DNA from: Candidatus Pelagibacter ubique HTCC1062
Lineage (GTDB): Bacteria; Pseudomonadota; Alphaproteobacteria; Pelagibacterales; Pelagibacteraceae
Assembly: GCF_000012345.1 (NCBI RefSeq)
Contig: NC_007205.1
Span: 30,001 to 62,000 of the forward strand
Direction: 5' to 3'
Length of the DNA: 32,000 bases
This document shows positions 1 to 9,447 of the stretch, in pieces. Within the stretch, counting starts at the first letter, position 1, and every line of letters begins with the position of its first letter. A program made the translations under genes and the position numbers. The notes below the pieces were generated by a model. It saw nothing but the letters and a program-made list of their open reading frames with translations. It ran no database searches and had not been told where the DNA came from.

Positions 1-991
1 TTTCAAAATGATGATGTATAGGTGCCATTCTAAAAATTCTTTTACCTGTAAGTTTGAATGAAAATACTTGGATTATAACTGATACAGCTTCTAGTACAAA
101 TAACCCTCCTGTTATTGCTAAAACAATCTCATGTTTAGTAATAATACCAATTGCCCCTAAAGATCCACCTAATGCTAATGAACCAGTGTCACCCATAAAT
201 ATTTTAGCAGGTGGAGCATTGAACCATAAAAATCCTAAACAAGCTCCTATAATTGATCCACAAAAAACTGAAACTTCCCCCATACCTTCAAGATAGGGAA
301 TATTTAAATATTCAGAAAATACAATATTGCCCGTTACGTAACTAATAAATGCAAAACATGCTGCAACTAATATCACTGGCACCGTTGCTAAGCCATCTAA
401 ACCATCTGTTAAATTAACTGCGTTGGAGGATCCAACAATTATAAAAATTGAAAATGGAATAAAAAACCATCCAAGATTAATAATTAAATTTTTAAAAAAA
501 GGAAAATATAAATTGGTAAGTTCAGTGTTTTGAGATAATTGAGTTAAACCATAAATTCCAACAATGGCTATTAAAATTTGAGAAATAATCTTAAATTTAA
601 ATGAAACGCCAGATGAATTTTTAAACTTAATTTTTTTATAATCATCATATGCACCTAATAGCCCAAACCCCGAAACAATAAATAACAAAAACCATATATG
701 GTAATTTGATAAATCACCCCAAAGTAATATTCCTGAAAAAAGTCCAAGTAAAATTAAAACACCTCCCATTGTTGGTGTTCCAATTTTCTTAACGATATGT
801 TCAGTAGGACCATCATCTCTTATTGGATTTAATATTTTTCTTGCTGAAAAAAATTTAATAAAAGGAGTGCCAATTAATAAAACTACAAACATTGATGTAA
901 ACATTGAAAGGCCCGTTCTAAATGTTAAATACTTAAATACATTTAGAAAACTATATTGATCAATTAATTGCGTAATAAGACTATAAAGCAT
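1..991 (-). CDS. mraY: Phospho-N-acetylmuramoyl-pentapeptide transferase MraY (3' end runs off the window start)
   Basis: Missing from the ORF track because it is open at the window edge. The reverse complement of 961-991 reads ATG CTT TAT AGT CTT ATT ACG CAA (MLYSLITQ). The reverse complement of 2-58 reads FKLTGKRIFRMAPIHHHFE in the same frame, which is the conserved MraY motif. My partial hand translation of this frame was hydrophobic with no stops (not checked over the full length). The ATG overlaps the murE-murF stop by 11 nt, and the gene sits at the canonical dcw position after murF. Confidence 0.93.
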   Translation of the reverse strand, partial: MLYSLITQLIDQYSFLNVFKYLTFRTGLSMFTSMFVVLLIGTPFIKFFSARKILNPIRDDGPTEHIVKKIGTPTMGGVLILLGLFSGILLWGDLSNYHIWFLLFIVSGFGLLGAYDDYKKIKFKNSSGVSFKFKIISQILIAIVGIYGLTQLSQNTELTNLYFPFFKNLIINLGWFFIPFSIFIIVGSSNAVNLTDGLDGLATVPVILVAACFAFISYVTGNIVFSEYLNIPYLEGMGEVSVFCGSIIGACLGFLWFNAPPAKIFMGDTGSLALGGSLGAIGIITKHEIVLAITGGLFVLEAVSVIIQVFSFKLTGKRIFRMAPIHHHFE

Positions 992-3827
992 TAAACTTTC
1001 CAGTTTTTAATTTGTTAACTAGATTGTTAAGTCCAGTAGAGTTTGAGCCCTTAATCATTAAATAATCATTATTATTTAAATCATTTTTAATCAAATCAAT
1101 TATTTTAGACTTATCTTTCAAAATGACCCCTCTTCGGTGCTTATCAAGGTTTTTATAAGTATGTAAAATATGTTTACCCACTACATTAATATTTTTAAGA
1201 GAAGTTTTATTAATTTCTTTGCCAGCCTCTAAGTGTAGTTTCTTTGAATAATTTCCTAACTCCAACATGTCACTCAGTATTAATTTTTTTTTAGAATTAT
1301 CAATTTTTAATTCATCAAAATTTTTTATAGCAGACTTTAATGATAATGGATTAGAGTTATAACTCTCATCTACAATGTAAATACTCTTTTTTTTTAATTT
1401 AACCTTTATAATATCACCACGGCCTTTTGTCATCTCATAATCAAGAAATATATTTTTTTCTAATTTTTGTGTATCTTTAAAAATTGATATAATTGCAATT
1501 GTGGCTAATAAGTTTTTTAAATTATTTTCAAAAATTAATCTTACATAAAAATAAATTTGTTTTTTATTAACATTTACAAATATTTTGTATTTAGATCTTT
1601 CTTTAACTATTTTTTCTAGATAAATATTTGCTGATTTATTTTTTAAACTAAATGTAAAAATATTTATGTTTTTTTTCTTGGCAATTTTTTTATGTAAATT
1701 ATAAAATCTGTCATCTTGGTTTAAAACAAGAATTCCATTTGTTTTTATATTATTAATAATTTCTGACTTTGCTAAAGCTACTTGATGAATGTTTTTAAAA
1801 TTTTTAATATGTGCGTAGGAAATATTTGTAATAACACCCACATCAGGCTTGATAATTTTTGATAGATAATCAATCTCACCTTTTTTATCCATTCCAATCT
1901 CAAAAATACCAAATTCATCATTTTTTTTTAGATTAAATAAACTTAATGGTACACCAAATTTATTATTAAAAGATTTTGGTGAATAAGTTACATTACTAAT
2001 CTTACTTAAAGTTTTTCCTAATAATTCTTTAAGAGAAGTTTTTCCACAACTGCCTGTTATAGATATAATTTTACTAGATAAATTTTCTCTTAATTTTGAT
2101 GAAGCCTCTGTTAAAAGTTGCAATGTATCATCTACTACAATTTTTTTTTTAGATTTTTTTTGATTGTTAGCTATTACTAATGATGCACCATTTTGGAAAG
2201 CTTCATTAACATATAGATTTCCATCTTTATTATTTCCTTTTATTGCAAAAAATATGTCATTTTTTTTTATTGTTTTTGAATTAATTGATGCATTTTTTAT
2301 TTTTATATTTGAATTAATTTGGGGAGAGTTGCTGATTTCTTTTAAAATATTTATTTTAATATTAGTTGAAAGAATTTTATTTTTTAATTTAATATTCTTA
2401 AGTATTTCTAATCTGTCAGAAAATTTGTTTACAAAATTTCCATAATCTTGTGTCTGTTCATGACCTTTGCCTGCAATAACTAAGATATCACCAGTTTTTA
2501 AGTCTAATATAGCCTTATGAATAGCTTTAGACCTGCTTGAAATCTCAAAAACTTTTGATTTATCAATAGTTTTTTTAATAGCTAGTCTTATTTTTTTTGG
2601 ATTTTCGTCTCTTGGATTGTCGTCAGTTAAATAAACTCTGTCACAATATTGATTGGCTATTTTTCCCATTATGGGTCTCTTGTCTTTATCTCTATTACCA
2701 CCACATCCAAATACAATGAAAATTCTTTTATTTTCAAATTGTTCTTTCAAATTAGTCAAACAAGTTTTTAATGCATCAGGTGTATGAGCATAATCTAAAA
2801 TAACCTTTGAATTATTTTTTAAAGTTCCAATTTTTTCAAACCTACCAATTACTGATTTTACTCTTGAAGCTAATTTTACTATTTGATCAAATTTTAAATT
2901 ACTTTTTTTAGCAGCAAGCATTGCCATAAATAAGTTTTTTAATTGAATTTTACCAATTAAGTTTATTTTTAATTTATAATGTTTCTGATTATATTTAATT
3001 TCGACTATTTGTTTATCATCCCTAAATTGATGAGAATAAATATCTATTCCATTATTACTTTTTGATAAAGCCTGAAGATCCAATTTATTATTTAGCGATA
3101 TTCTTTTTAAATTTTTATATTCGGGAATTTTACTATCGGTGATGATAGTTCCTCTAGGTTTTAATAGCTTCTCAAAAAGATATAACTTTGATTTGAGATA
3201 ATCATTAAATGTTTTGTGATAATCTAAATGATCATGAGACAAATTTGTAAAAATTGTAGTATTAAATTTTAAACCATCAAGTCTATTTTGCTTAAGACCA
3301 TGACTAGAAGCTTCCATTATAACATTGTCAATTTTTTGTTTTTTTAAATCATTTAATATTTTGCTTAATTTAATTGGATCTAATGTTGTATTAGAAACTT
3401 TCTTTAAACTATTTTTTGTCTTAACTCCTAATGTTCCAATAGAAGCTACTTTTTTATTACCTAAGTTGAGTAGCTGAAAATAAAAATCTGCAATTGATGA
3501 CTTTCCATTTGTTCCTGTTACAGCAATTAAATTTTTAGGTATATTTTTTTTTGTCTTATATGATAATTCTGATAATATTTTTCTTACATTTTTTGATCTT
3601 AAAAATAACACTTTATTTTTAATACCTTCAAATTTTTGCTCTGAAATAATAACTGTTGCACCCTTTTTAATTGCATGGTCTATGAATTTAGTTCCATCTG
3701 ATTTTGTTCCCTGGATTGCAAAAAAAATATAATTCTTTTTACAATCTTCACTGTTAAAACTAAGACCAGCAAACTGATGATTTTTAAATTCTTTTTTAAT
3801 ATTTTTAAGGAAGTTGCCAATCAACAT
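981..3827 (-). CDS. murE-murF: Fused bifunctional MurE-MurF: UDP-MurNAc-tripeptide synthetase plus UDP-MurNAc-pentapeptide synthetase in one 948-aa ORF
   Basis: The N-terminal half has Mur-ligase hallmarks: FFAIQGTKSDG, P-loop TGTNGKSS, EASSHGL, DYAHTPDAL, GCGGNRDKDKRP and AGKGHE. After a low-complexity K/N/I linker (about aa 480-515, nt about 2285-2390), a second complete Mur-ligase unit follows with FFAIKGNNKDGNLYV, P-loop TGSCGKTS and DESYNSNP. There is no stop or frameshift between the halves. Confidence 0.9.
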   Translation of the reverse strand: MLIGNFLKNIKKEFKNHQFAGLSFNSEDCKKNYIFFAIQGTKSDGTKFIDHAIKKGATVIISEQKFEGIKNKVLFLRSKNVRKILSELSYKTKKNIPKNLIAVTGTNGKSSIADFYFQLLNLGNKKVASIGTLGVKTKNSLKKVSNTTLDPIKLSKILNDLKKQKIDNVIMEASSHGLKQNRLDGLKFNTTIFTNLSHDHLDYHKTFNDYLKSKLYLFEKLLKPRGTIITDSKIPEYKNLKRISLNNKLDLQALSKSNNGIDIYSHQFRDDKQIVEIKYNQKHYKLKINLIGKIQLKNLFMAMLAAKKSNLKFDQIVKLASRVKSVIGRFEKIGTLKNNSKVILDYAHTPDALKTCLTNLKEQFENKRIFIVFGCGGNRDKDKRPIMGKIANQYCDRVYLTDDNPRDENPKKIRLAIKKTIDKSKVFEISSRSKAIHKAILDLKTGDILVIAGKGHEQTQDYGNFVNKFSDRLEILKNIKLKNKILSTNIKINILKEISNSPQINSNIKIKNASINSKTIKKNDIFFAIKGNNKDGNLYVNEAFQNGASLVIANNQKKSKKKIVVDDTLQLLTEASSKLRENLSSKIISITGSCGKTSLKELLGKTLSKISNVTYSPKSFNNKFGVPLSLFNLKKNDEFGIFEIGMDKKGEIDYLSKIIKPDVGVITNISYAHIKNFKNIHQVALAKSEIINNIKTNGILVLNQDDRFYNLHKKIAKKKNINIFTFSLKNKSANIYLEKIVKERSKYKIFVNVNKKQIYFYVRLIFENNLKNLLATIAIISIFKDTQKLEKNIFLDYEMTKGRGDIIKVKLKKKSIYIVDESYNSNPLSLKSAIKNFDELKIDNSKKKLILSDMLELGNYSKKLHLEAGKEINKTSLKNINVVGKHILHTYKNLDKHRRGVILKDKSKIIDLIKNDLNNNDYLMIKGSNSTGLNNLVNKLKTGKFNAL

Positions 3828-3834
3828 ATAAGTA

Positions 3835-5517
3835 TTAATTTTCTATATGTTTTGTGGCCAAAATAGGCCCAATTTTTTCTATGATTTTTCCAGCTACTTC
3901 AACAGATGTCCACCCTGCTGTATTAAATGGGGTTCCTTTATATGAACCTTTTTTATTTTTATATTCATATACGTAGTCTGATGAAGTTTTTGGCTCATCA
4001 AGTAGAACTATCAGCACATATTTAGGTTTAGAAGTGGGGAAAATACCTGCAAATGTATTTACTTTTGCTTTAGAATAACCTCCTACTATTGTTTTTTGAG
4101 CAGTTCCTGTTTTTCCACCAACTTCATAACCTTCAATGTTTACAAGTCCTGCTGTACCTTCTTTAGTATTTACAATTTTTCTAAGTATTGGATTTATCTT
4201 CTCTGAAATACCAGCTTTGATTATTCTTCTTTCTTTTTCAGGATCTTTTAATTCTTTTTTTATTAAGCTGGGCTCAATAGCAAAACCACCATTTGAAATT
4301 ATTGCATAAGCTTTTGCTAATTGTAATGGAGTGGTAGTTATTCCATGTCCAAAAGACACTGTCGCAAGTTTACATTTTCCCCACTTAAATGGAATAGGCT
4401 CTCCAACCTCCTCTATGTCAAAATTTATTTTACTTAAGATTCCAATTTTTTCTAAAAAAGCTTTTAATTTAATAATTTCTAATTTTTGTCCAATTCTTAC
4501 AGATCCTATATTTCCAGACCTAATTAAAATTTGTTCTACAGTAAGATCTGATGGTATTTTATTGTCATATTCAGAAATACTACTTTTTCCACATTGTAGT
4601 TTTTTTTCTAAATTTAAAAATTCTGTGTCAGTATCAATTAAGCCTTCCTCTAATCCAGCTGCTACTGTAAAAGTTTTAAATACCGAGCCCAGCTCATACA
4701 CTCCTTTTGTTGCTCTATTAATAAAGTTGAGATCAACTATCTTCTCTCTTTTATTTAGATCAAAATCTGGATATGAAACCATAGATATAATTTCTCCATT
4801 ATTAACATTCATCAAAATTGCTGTACTACCTTTACTTCTAAATATAGATTGAAACTTTACTAACTCTTCTCTAATTAAAAATTGTATGTCAGTATCTACT
4901 GTTAATTTAAGTGGTTTATTTGTTTGTTTTAATTTTTCATTAAAGGATTTTTCAAGTCCTGATATACCTTTATTGTCATCATCTATTTGACCAATGATGT
5001 GACTAAAGAGATTTTTTTGAGGATAAATTCTAGTTAATTTTTCTTCTGACTTAATTGATTTATCTCCAAGTAACATAATTTTTTCATAATTGTCAGAAGA
5101 TATTTTTTTTTCCAAATAAAAGAATTTATTTTTTTCAAGCTTCTTAGTAATCTCTTCATAGTTTTTATCTGGGAATATTAACTGTAAATTAATTAATAGT
5201 TTTTTTTTATCAATTACTTCAATAGGGTTAATACCAATATCTATCGACTTAACTGTTTTAACTAAATAATTTCCATTTCTATCAAGTATGTCTGCTCTAT
5301 AGTTTTTATTTATAGTTGAGAATTCCTTGGTATTTTCTTCTTTTAACGAGCCTAAATGAAGCAATTGTATTGAATAAATTACTGAAATCACCAAAAAAAC
5401 AAAAAAAATAAACGCTATTCTATTAAATTGTATGTCTAAATTAGTTTTACTTTTTTTATATGAAAATTCATTTTCATATTCTTCTAGAATAATATTCTTT
5501 TTATTATTCATTTCCAT
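3835..5517 (-). CDS. ftsI: Penicillin-binding protein 3 / peptidoglycan D,D-transpeptidase FtsI
   Basis: 560-aa ORF with an N-terminal membrane anchor (IAFIFFVFLVISVIYSIQLL). It carries the transpeptidase motifs SVFK (SxxK), SGN (SxN) and KTGTA (KTG). It sits at the dcw position between ftsL and murE. Confidence 0.9.
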   Translation of the reverse strand: MEMNNKKNIILEEYENEFSYKKSKTNLDIQFNRIAFIFFVFLVISVIYSIQLLHLGSLKEENTKEFSTINKNYRADILDRNGNYLVKTVKSIDIGINPIEVIDKKKLLINLQLIFPDKNYEEITKKLEKNKFFYLEKKISSDNYEKIMLLGDKSIKSEEKLTRIYPQKNLFSHIIGQIDDDNKGISGLEKSFNEKLKQTNKPLKLTVDTDIQFLIREELVKFQSIFRSKGSTAILMNVNNGEIISMVSYPDFDLNKREKIVDLNFINRATKGVYELGSVFKTFTVAAGLEEGLIDTDTEFLNLEKKLQCGKSSISEYDNKIPSDLTVEQILIRSGNIGSVRIGQKLEIIKLKAFLEKIGILSKINFDIEEVGEPIPFKWGKCKLATVSFGHGITTTPLQLAKAYAIISNGGFAIEPSLIKKELKDPEKERRIIKAGISEKINPILRKIVNTKEGTAGLVNIEGYEVGGKTGTAQKTIVGGYSKAKVNTFAGIFPTSKPKYVLIVLLDEPKTSSDYVYEYKNKKGSYKGTPFNTAGWTSVEVAGKIIEKIGPILATKHIEN

Positions 5518-5812
5518 TTTTGCTGATTAAGTCTTTTATTTCTAAAGTTTCATTATTTTTAAAGATTTCCTTAATATTCATAATTTCAATTTTGATTAAA
5601 TCTTTTTCAAAATATTGCGTTTGATACTGAACTAGTTTTTCAGGAGAGCTCAAATAGTTAAACTCAAGCAATACATCTTCAAGTTCCGATTTTAAAGGTC
5701 TTATATTTTCTTTAACTATAAAAATTTGATCTTCTATTTCTTTTGTAGAATTTTTAATAAGTGATGTAATTAATATTAATACTAAAATAACAGCTACCAC
5801 TAATTGTTTCAT
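5504..5812 (-). CDS. ftsL: Cell division protein FtsL-like (small bitopic membrane protein)
   Basis: 102 aa with an N-terminal TM helix ([16 protein letters not shown]) followed by a charged, coiled-coil-like region. It overlaps the rsmH stop by 4 nt and the ftsI start by 14 nt. The call rests on position and topology, not on sequence motifs. Confidence 0.6.
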
Positions 5813-6819
5813 AGTTTTTTTGACAAATTTTCAATGTCAATTAAATGTTTAAATTTATCCAAGATATCTGTTTCAAAATCAAAAAAATCTTCTTTTTTAA
5901 TTACATAACGTAACTTGGCTGATCTAGAAGGTGGATTTTCTCTAATTTCTTTATCACTTGGTACTATTGGTTTTTTTATAACAGATTTAAATAAATTTAA
6001 TTTTTCTTCTGTTTTTGGCATATGTCTTGAGATGCTTTTATTTTCAGATAAACTTTTAAAAAAGTATTTAACAATTTTATCTTCTAAAGAATGAAATGTT
6101 ACAACTGCAATAACTCCATCCTTTTTAACAACTTTAGCAGCATTAATTAATCCATAAATTAGTTCACTAATTTCTTTATTTACAAATATTCTTAATGCTT
6201 GGAAAATTTTAGTTGCACTATGTGTCTTATAATTTCTTTTTCTTTTCGAAGATTCTATAATCCTAACTAGCTCTTCTGTTGTGATCTCTCTTTTAGATCT
6301 GTCTTCAACAATATTGTGTGCTATTCTTTTACTGTCTGCTTCATCCCCAAAATATTTAAATATTTTGGTAAGTTCTTTTTCATCTAATTGATTAATTGCT
6401 TCTTTTGCTGAAAATTCATTTATACCCATTTTCATATTAAGTTCACCAATGCTATCGAATGAAAGACCTTTTTTTGGGTCTTTAATCTGGTTCAAGGAAT
6501 ACCCTAAATCAAAAATTACAGCTTTTATATTTTCATGTTTTAACTTTAGATTGTTTAATTGACTGAATTTTATATTTTTAAATAATAGCCTATCCTCAAA
6601 ACTATTTTGAAGTTCTTGAGCTTTTATAGAGCTCTCAGAATCTCTATCTAATGCAATTACTTTTGTTTCAGGAAAGTTTAATATTCTTTTTGTGTATCCG
6701 CCTTGACCAAACGTACAGTCAATAAATGTGCCACCATATTGAGGGGTAATAATGCTAATTATTTCACTTAGCAATACCGGATAATGATTTCTCACATCTG
6801 GTATTATGGTGGCTATCAT
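5809..6819 (-). CDS. rsmH: 16S rRNA (cytosine1402-N4)-methyltransferase RsmH (MraW)
   Basis: 336 aa. HYPVLLSEI and [10 protein letters not shown] (SAM-binding) near the N-terminus, FDLGYS, and [11 protein letters not shown] are classic MraW/RsmH signatures. Confidence 0.95.
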
Positions 6820-6837
6820 TTATTTTTTTGAAGACCA

Positions 6838-8325
6838 TTAATTCTTTTGTCTTCTTAAAAATGCTGGAATTTCTAGATCATCATCTTCTGAGGTATTTTC
6901 CGAAGTTTCAGTTGATAAAAATCCTTCTGTCTCTGAAGTTGCACTATCCGAACTAAATAGATCTGGCGCGTCTTCACCTTCTACACCAAAGTTTTCAAGT
7001 CCATTAGAAACATGCTCCTCCTCCATTGGGCTATTTTCTTCAGGCTTTGCAGTTGTAAGTGCCTCCTCTGAAAAAGATTGCTCATAATCATTTGATTGAT
7101 TGTTTTCAACAATACTTTCAACTTCTTGATTGCTAACAGTTTGCTCATTCATCATTTCTGATGATGTAGTATTTGTAACTGGTTCTGCAATTATTTCATT
7201 TTCTAACTTTAATGCATTTGCTCCATGAGAAATAGGGCTAGTCATTGTAGGTGAAAAATTAAACGATTGAGCAGAACTAGCACTGTTAAAATCTGAATAA
7301 CCAGGATTTCTATTTTGTATTCTGTGAACCATATTGATTACAGATTTACTTTCTGGTTGTTGTCCATCTAGTGCCGTTGCAACTATTGATACTCTAATTT
7401 TTCCATCAAGGTCGCCAGATGTAATAGCACCAATAATCACCTCTGCTTCAGGATCTACTTCAGCTCTTATTTTATTAACCACTTCATCAACCTCAAAAAG
7501 TTTAAGATCCTTACCACCGGTAATATTTACTAGTAATCCTTTCGCACCTTTTAACGTATAATCATCAATCAATGGGTTGCTAATTGCCATGTCTGCTGCT
7601 TTAGCTGCTCTACCTTCTCCTTCAGCTTCACCAGTTCCCATCATTGCTTTACCCATTGAAGCCATTACAGTTTCAACATCAGCAAAATCTAGATTAACTA
7701 TACCTGGTCTAACCATAAGATCGGTCACACTCTGTACACCTTGCATTAAAACATTATTTGAAAGATTAAAAGATTCTTCAAATGTAGTTTGTTCATTTGC
7801 AACCTTAAATAGGTTTTGATTTGGAATTACAATAATTGTATCCACATGTTTTCTTAATTCTTCTAGGCCTACCTGAGCTCTTCTCATTCTTGATGGCCCT
7901 TCATATAAAAAAGGAAGTGTTACAACACCTACTGTTAAAATATTTAATTCTTTAGCAGCTCTTGCAATAACGTGTGCAGCACCTGTGCCAGTTCCACCAC
8001 CCATACCAGCAGTTATAAAAACCATGTTTGCACCCTGAAGAGTATTTACAATTTCATTTAAAGATTCATCTGCAGCTGCTTGACCAATGTCATGTTTTGC
8101 TCCAGCACCTAAACCTTTTGTTAAACTTAGGCCAATTTGAATTCTTGCTTTAGCTTTACTTAACTTTAAATCTTGAGCATCTGTATTTACTGCTATGAAC
8201 TCTACTCCTTGAAGTCCATTATCAATCATTTCATTAAGTGCATTTCCACCTGCTCCGCCAACTCCCACTACTAATAATCTTGGTTGTAATTCTTTTATTT
8301 CTGGTGATTTAAAGTTAATTGTCAT
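6838..8325 (-). CDS. ftsZ: Cell division GTPase FtsZ
   Basis: 495 aa with [11 protein letters not shown] and the tubulin signature GGGTGTGAA. It also has NTDAQ, a long acidic/Ser-rich disordered linker, and the conserved C-terminal peptide [12 protein letters not shown]. Confidence 0.97.
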   Translation of the reverse strand: MTINFKSPEIKELQPRLLVVGVGGAGGNALNEMIDNGLQGVEFIAVNTDAQDLKLSKAKARIQIGLSLTKGLGAGAKHDIGQAAADESLNEIVNTLQGANMVFITAGMGGGTGTGAAHVIARAAKELNILTVGVVTLPFLYEGPSRMRRAQVGLEELRKHVDTIIVIPNQNLFKVANEQTTFEESFNLSNNVLMQGVQSVTDLMVRPGIVNLDFADVETVMASMGKAMMGTGEAEGEGRAAKAADMAISNPLIDDYTLKGAKGLLVNITGGKDLKLFEVDEVVNKIRAEVDPEAEVIIGAITSGDLDGKIRVSIVATALDGQQPESKSVINMVHRIQNRNPGYSDFNSASSAQSFNFSPTMTSPISHGANALKLENEIIAEPVTNTTSSEMMNEQTVSNQEVESIVENNQSNDYEQSFSEEALTTAKPEENSPMEEEHVSNGLENFGVEGEDAPDLFSSDSATSETEGFLSTETSENTSEDDDLEIPAFLRRQKN

Positions 8326-8327
8326 TT

Positions 8328-8795
8328 TTATTTCCCCTCATTGTTATTAAAATGTTTTTCCCATTTAAGACTTGCACGATTTAGATTTGCTTTTTTTCTT
8401 GCGTTGATCTTAAATTTTTCAAATGCTGCTGGTTCCCATATTTGGAATGTTTGACCTTGACCAACAAACAACATGCTATTTTTTATTTTTGCATGTTTTA
8501 ATAATTTTGTTGATAATGAAATTCTACCTTCACTATCAAATTGTAAATTCATACTCTCAGATAAAATTGATGTTGCAAAATAATCTCTTTTTTCTTCAAA
8601 TGGACTTAATGAATCTATACTTGCAGAAAGTTTTTCAATTCTATCTTGTGAGCAAGCTTCTATAGACTGATTATTAAATGAGGGATAACAGATAACACCA
8701 TTGTATCCTAAGTTAGAAAGGTGAGATCTAAAACTAGCAGGCACAGATACCCTTCCCTTTTTGTCTATTTTGTTCTCGTAAGTAGATAAAAACAT
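8328..8795 (-). CDS. mraZ: Transcriptional regulator MraZ
   Basis: 155 aa. It has two SpoVT/AbrB-like halves, each with the DxxGR motif (DKKGRVSVP and DSEGRISL). It is the first gene of the dcw cluster. Confidence 0.93.
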   Translation of the reverse strand: MFLSTYENKIDKKGRVSVPASFRSHLSNLGYNGVICYPSFNNQSIEACSQDRIEKLSASIDSLSPFEEKRDYFATSILSESMNLQFDSEGRISLSTKLLKHAKIKNSMLFVGQGQTFQIWEPAAFEKFKINARKKANLNRASLKWEKHFNNNEGK

Positions 8796-8823
8796 ATTTT
8801 TTATATTTCATAAATTCCATATT

Positions 8824-8848
8824 TGGGAATATATGGGACAATATGGGT
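8824..8848. promoter_or_regulatory. Three phased TGGGN direct repeats (candidate MraZ operator) in the mraZ 5' region
   Basis: TGGGA at 8824-8828, TGGGA at 8834-8838 and TGGGT at 8844-8848, with exactly 10-bp periodicity (unit AT[AT]TGGGA). They lie 29-53 bp upstream of the mraZ ATG (8795). The repeats read TGGGN on the plus strand, which is antisense to mraZ. A possible sigma70-like promoter on the minus strand is TTGACT (8866-8861), N17, TATTGT (8843-8838), whose -10 overlaps the repeats. Confidence 0.5.
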
Positions 8849-9049
8849 TTTTAAAGATAGAGTCAATATGTTCATTTTAGGCTTATTTGGCAATGATTGT
8901 AGATAACTTTTATGTATCTACATAAAGTCAAAAATCAATTTTTAGTTTTAACTCAATACAATTCTAAGACTAAAAATAAGAACAGAAATGATTCAATTAT
9001 GAATCAAAAGGTGAACATCTAAAGTTAATTAAAATTGAACTGTGGATAA

Positions 9050-9410
9050 GTTTGCTAGACAAACTATAAGCCGGGTTCTGTCATTTAAACCTATCATTTC
9101 TCTAGGCTTAAGATCACTCTTAAGCTCATGCAACTAACCCTGATGACTAGCCAAAGACGGCTTTTAGTTTTGCAACAATGTCATCTCTACTTAGTCTTGC
9201 TCCCAGTGGGGTTTTCCAGCGTTCATTGTTACCAATAGAACCGGTGCGCTCTTACCACACCTTTTCACCCTTGCCATGTTATGGCGGTATATTTTCTGTG
9301 GCACTATCCCTAGGGTTTCCCCCGCCAGGTATTATCTGGCACTGTGTCTTTGCGGAGCCCGGACTTTCCTCTTTAATAAATTAAAGCGATAAGTCGTTCA
9401 TCTAGCAAAT
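9050..9410 (-). ncRNA. rnpB: RNase P RNA, bacterial type A
   Basis: The reverse complement contains the universally conserved blocks GAGGAAAGTCCGGGCTCC, GTGCCAGATAATACCTGGCGGGGGAAACCC, AAGGGTGAAAAGGTGTGGTAAGAGCGCACC and ACAGAACCCGGCTTAT. A P1 helix forms between TTGCTAGA (5' end, about 9409) and TCTAGCAA (3' end, about 9052). The ends are approximate to within about 5 nt. Confidence 0.9.
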
Positions 9411-9447
9411 GTAATTTATTACTTAATTATAGAACTTCAAGAAAAAT

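Noticed and set aside
54-8665. Track ORFs 54-296(+), 2164-2445(+), 4331-4852(+), 7334-7561(+), 7577-7819(+) and 8423-8665(+).
   Set aside because: Each lies entirely antisense inside a well-supported housekeeping gene (mraY, murEF, ftsI, ftsZ, mraZ). They have low-complexity or odd composition and no recognisable motifs. They look like typical shadow ORFs.
8898-8922. A perfect 8-bp inverted repeat, TGTAGATA-N9-TATCTACA, between rnpB and the mraZ promoter.
   Set aside because: The stem is AT-rich, it has no flanking U-tract on either strand, and it lies about 130 nt beyond the rnpB 3' end. It could be a protein-binding palindrome or a weak terminator, but nothing in the sequence distinguishes these from chance.
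9178-9384. 68-aa plus-strand ORF.
   Set aside because: It lies inside the RNase P RNA gene on the opposite strand. The relatively GC-rich conserved RNA core simply lacks stop codons.
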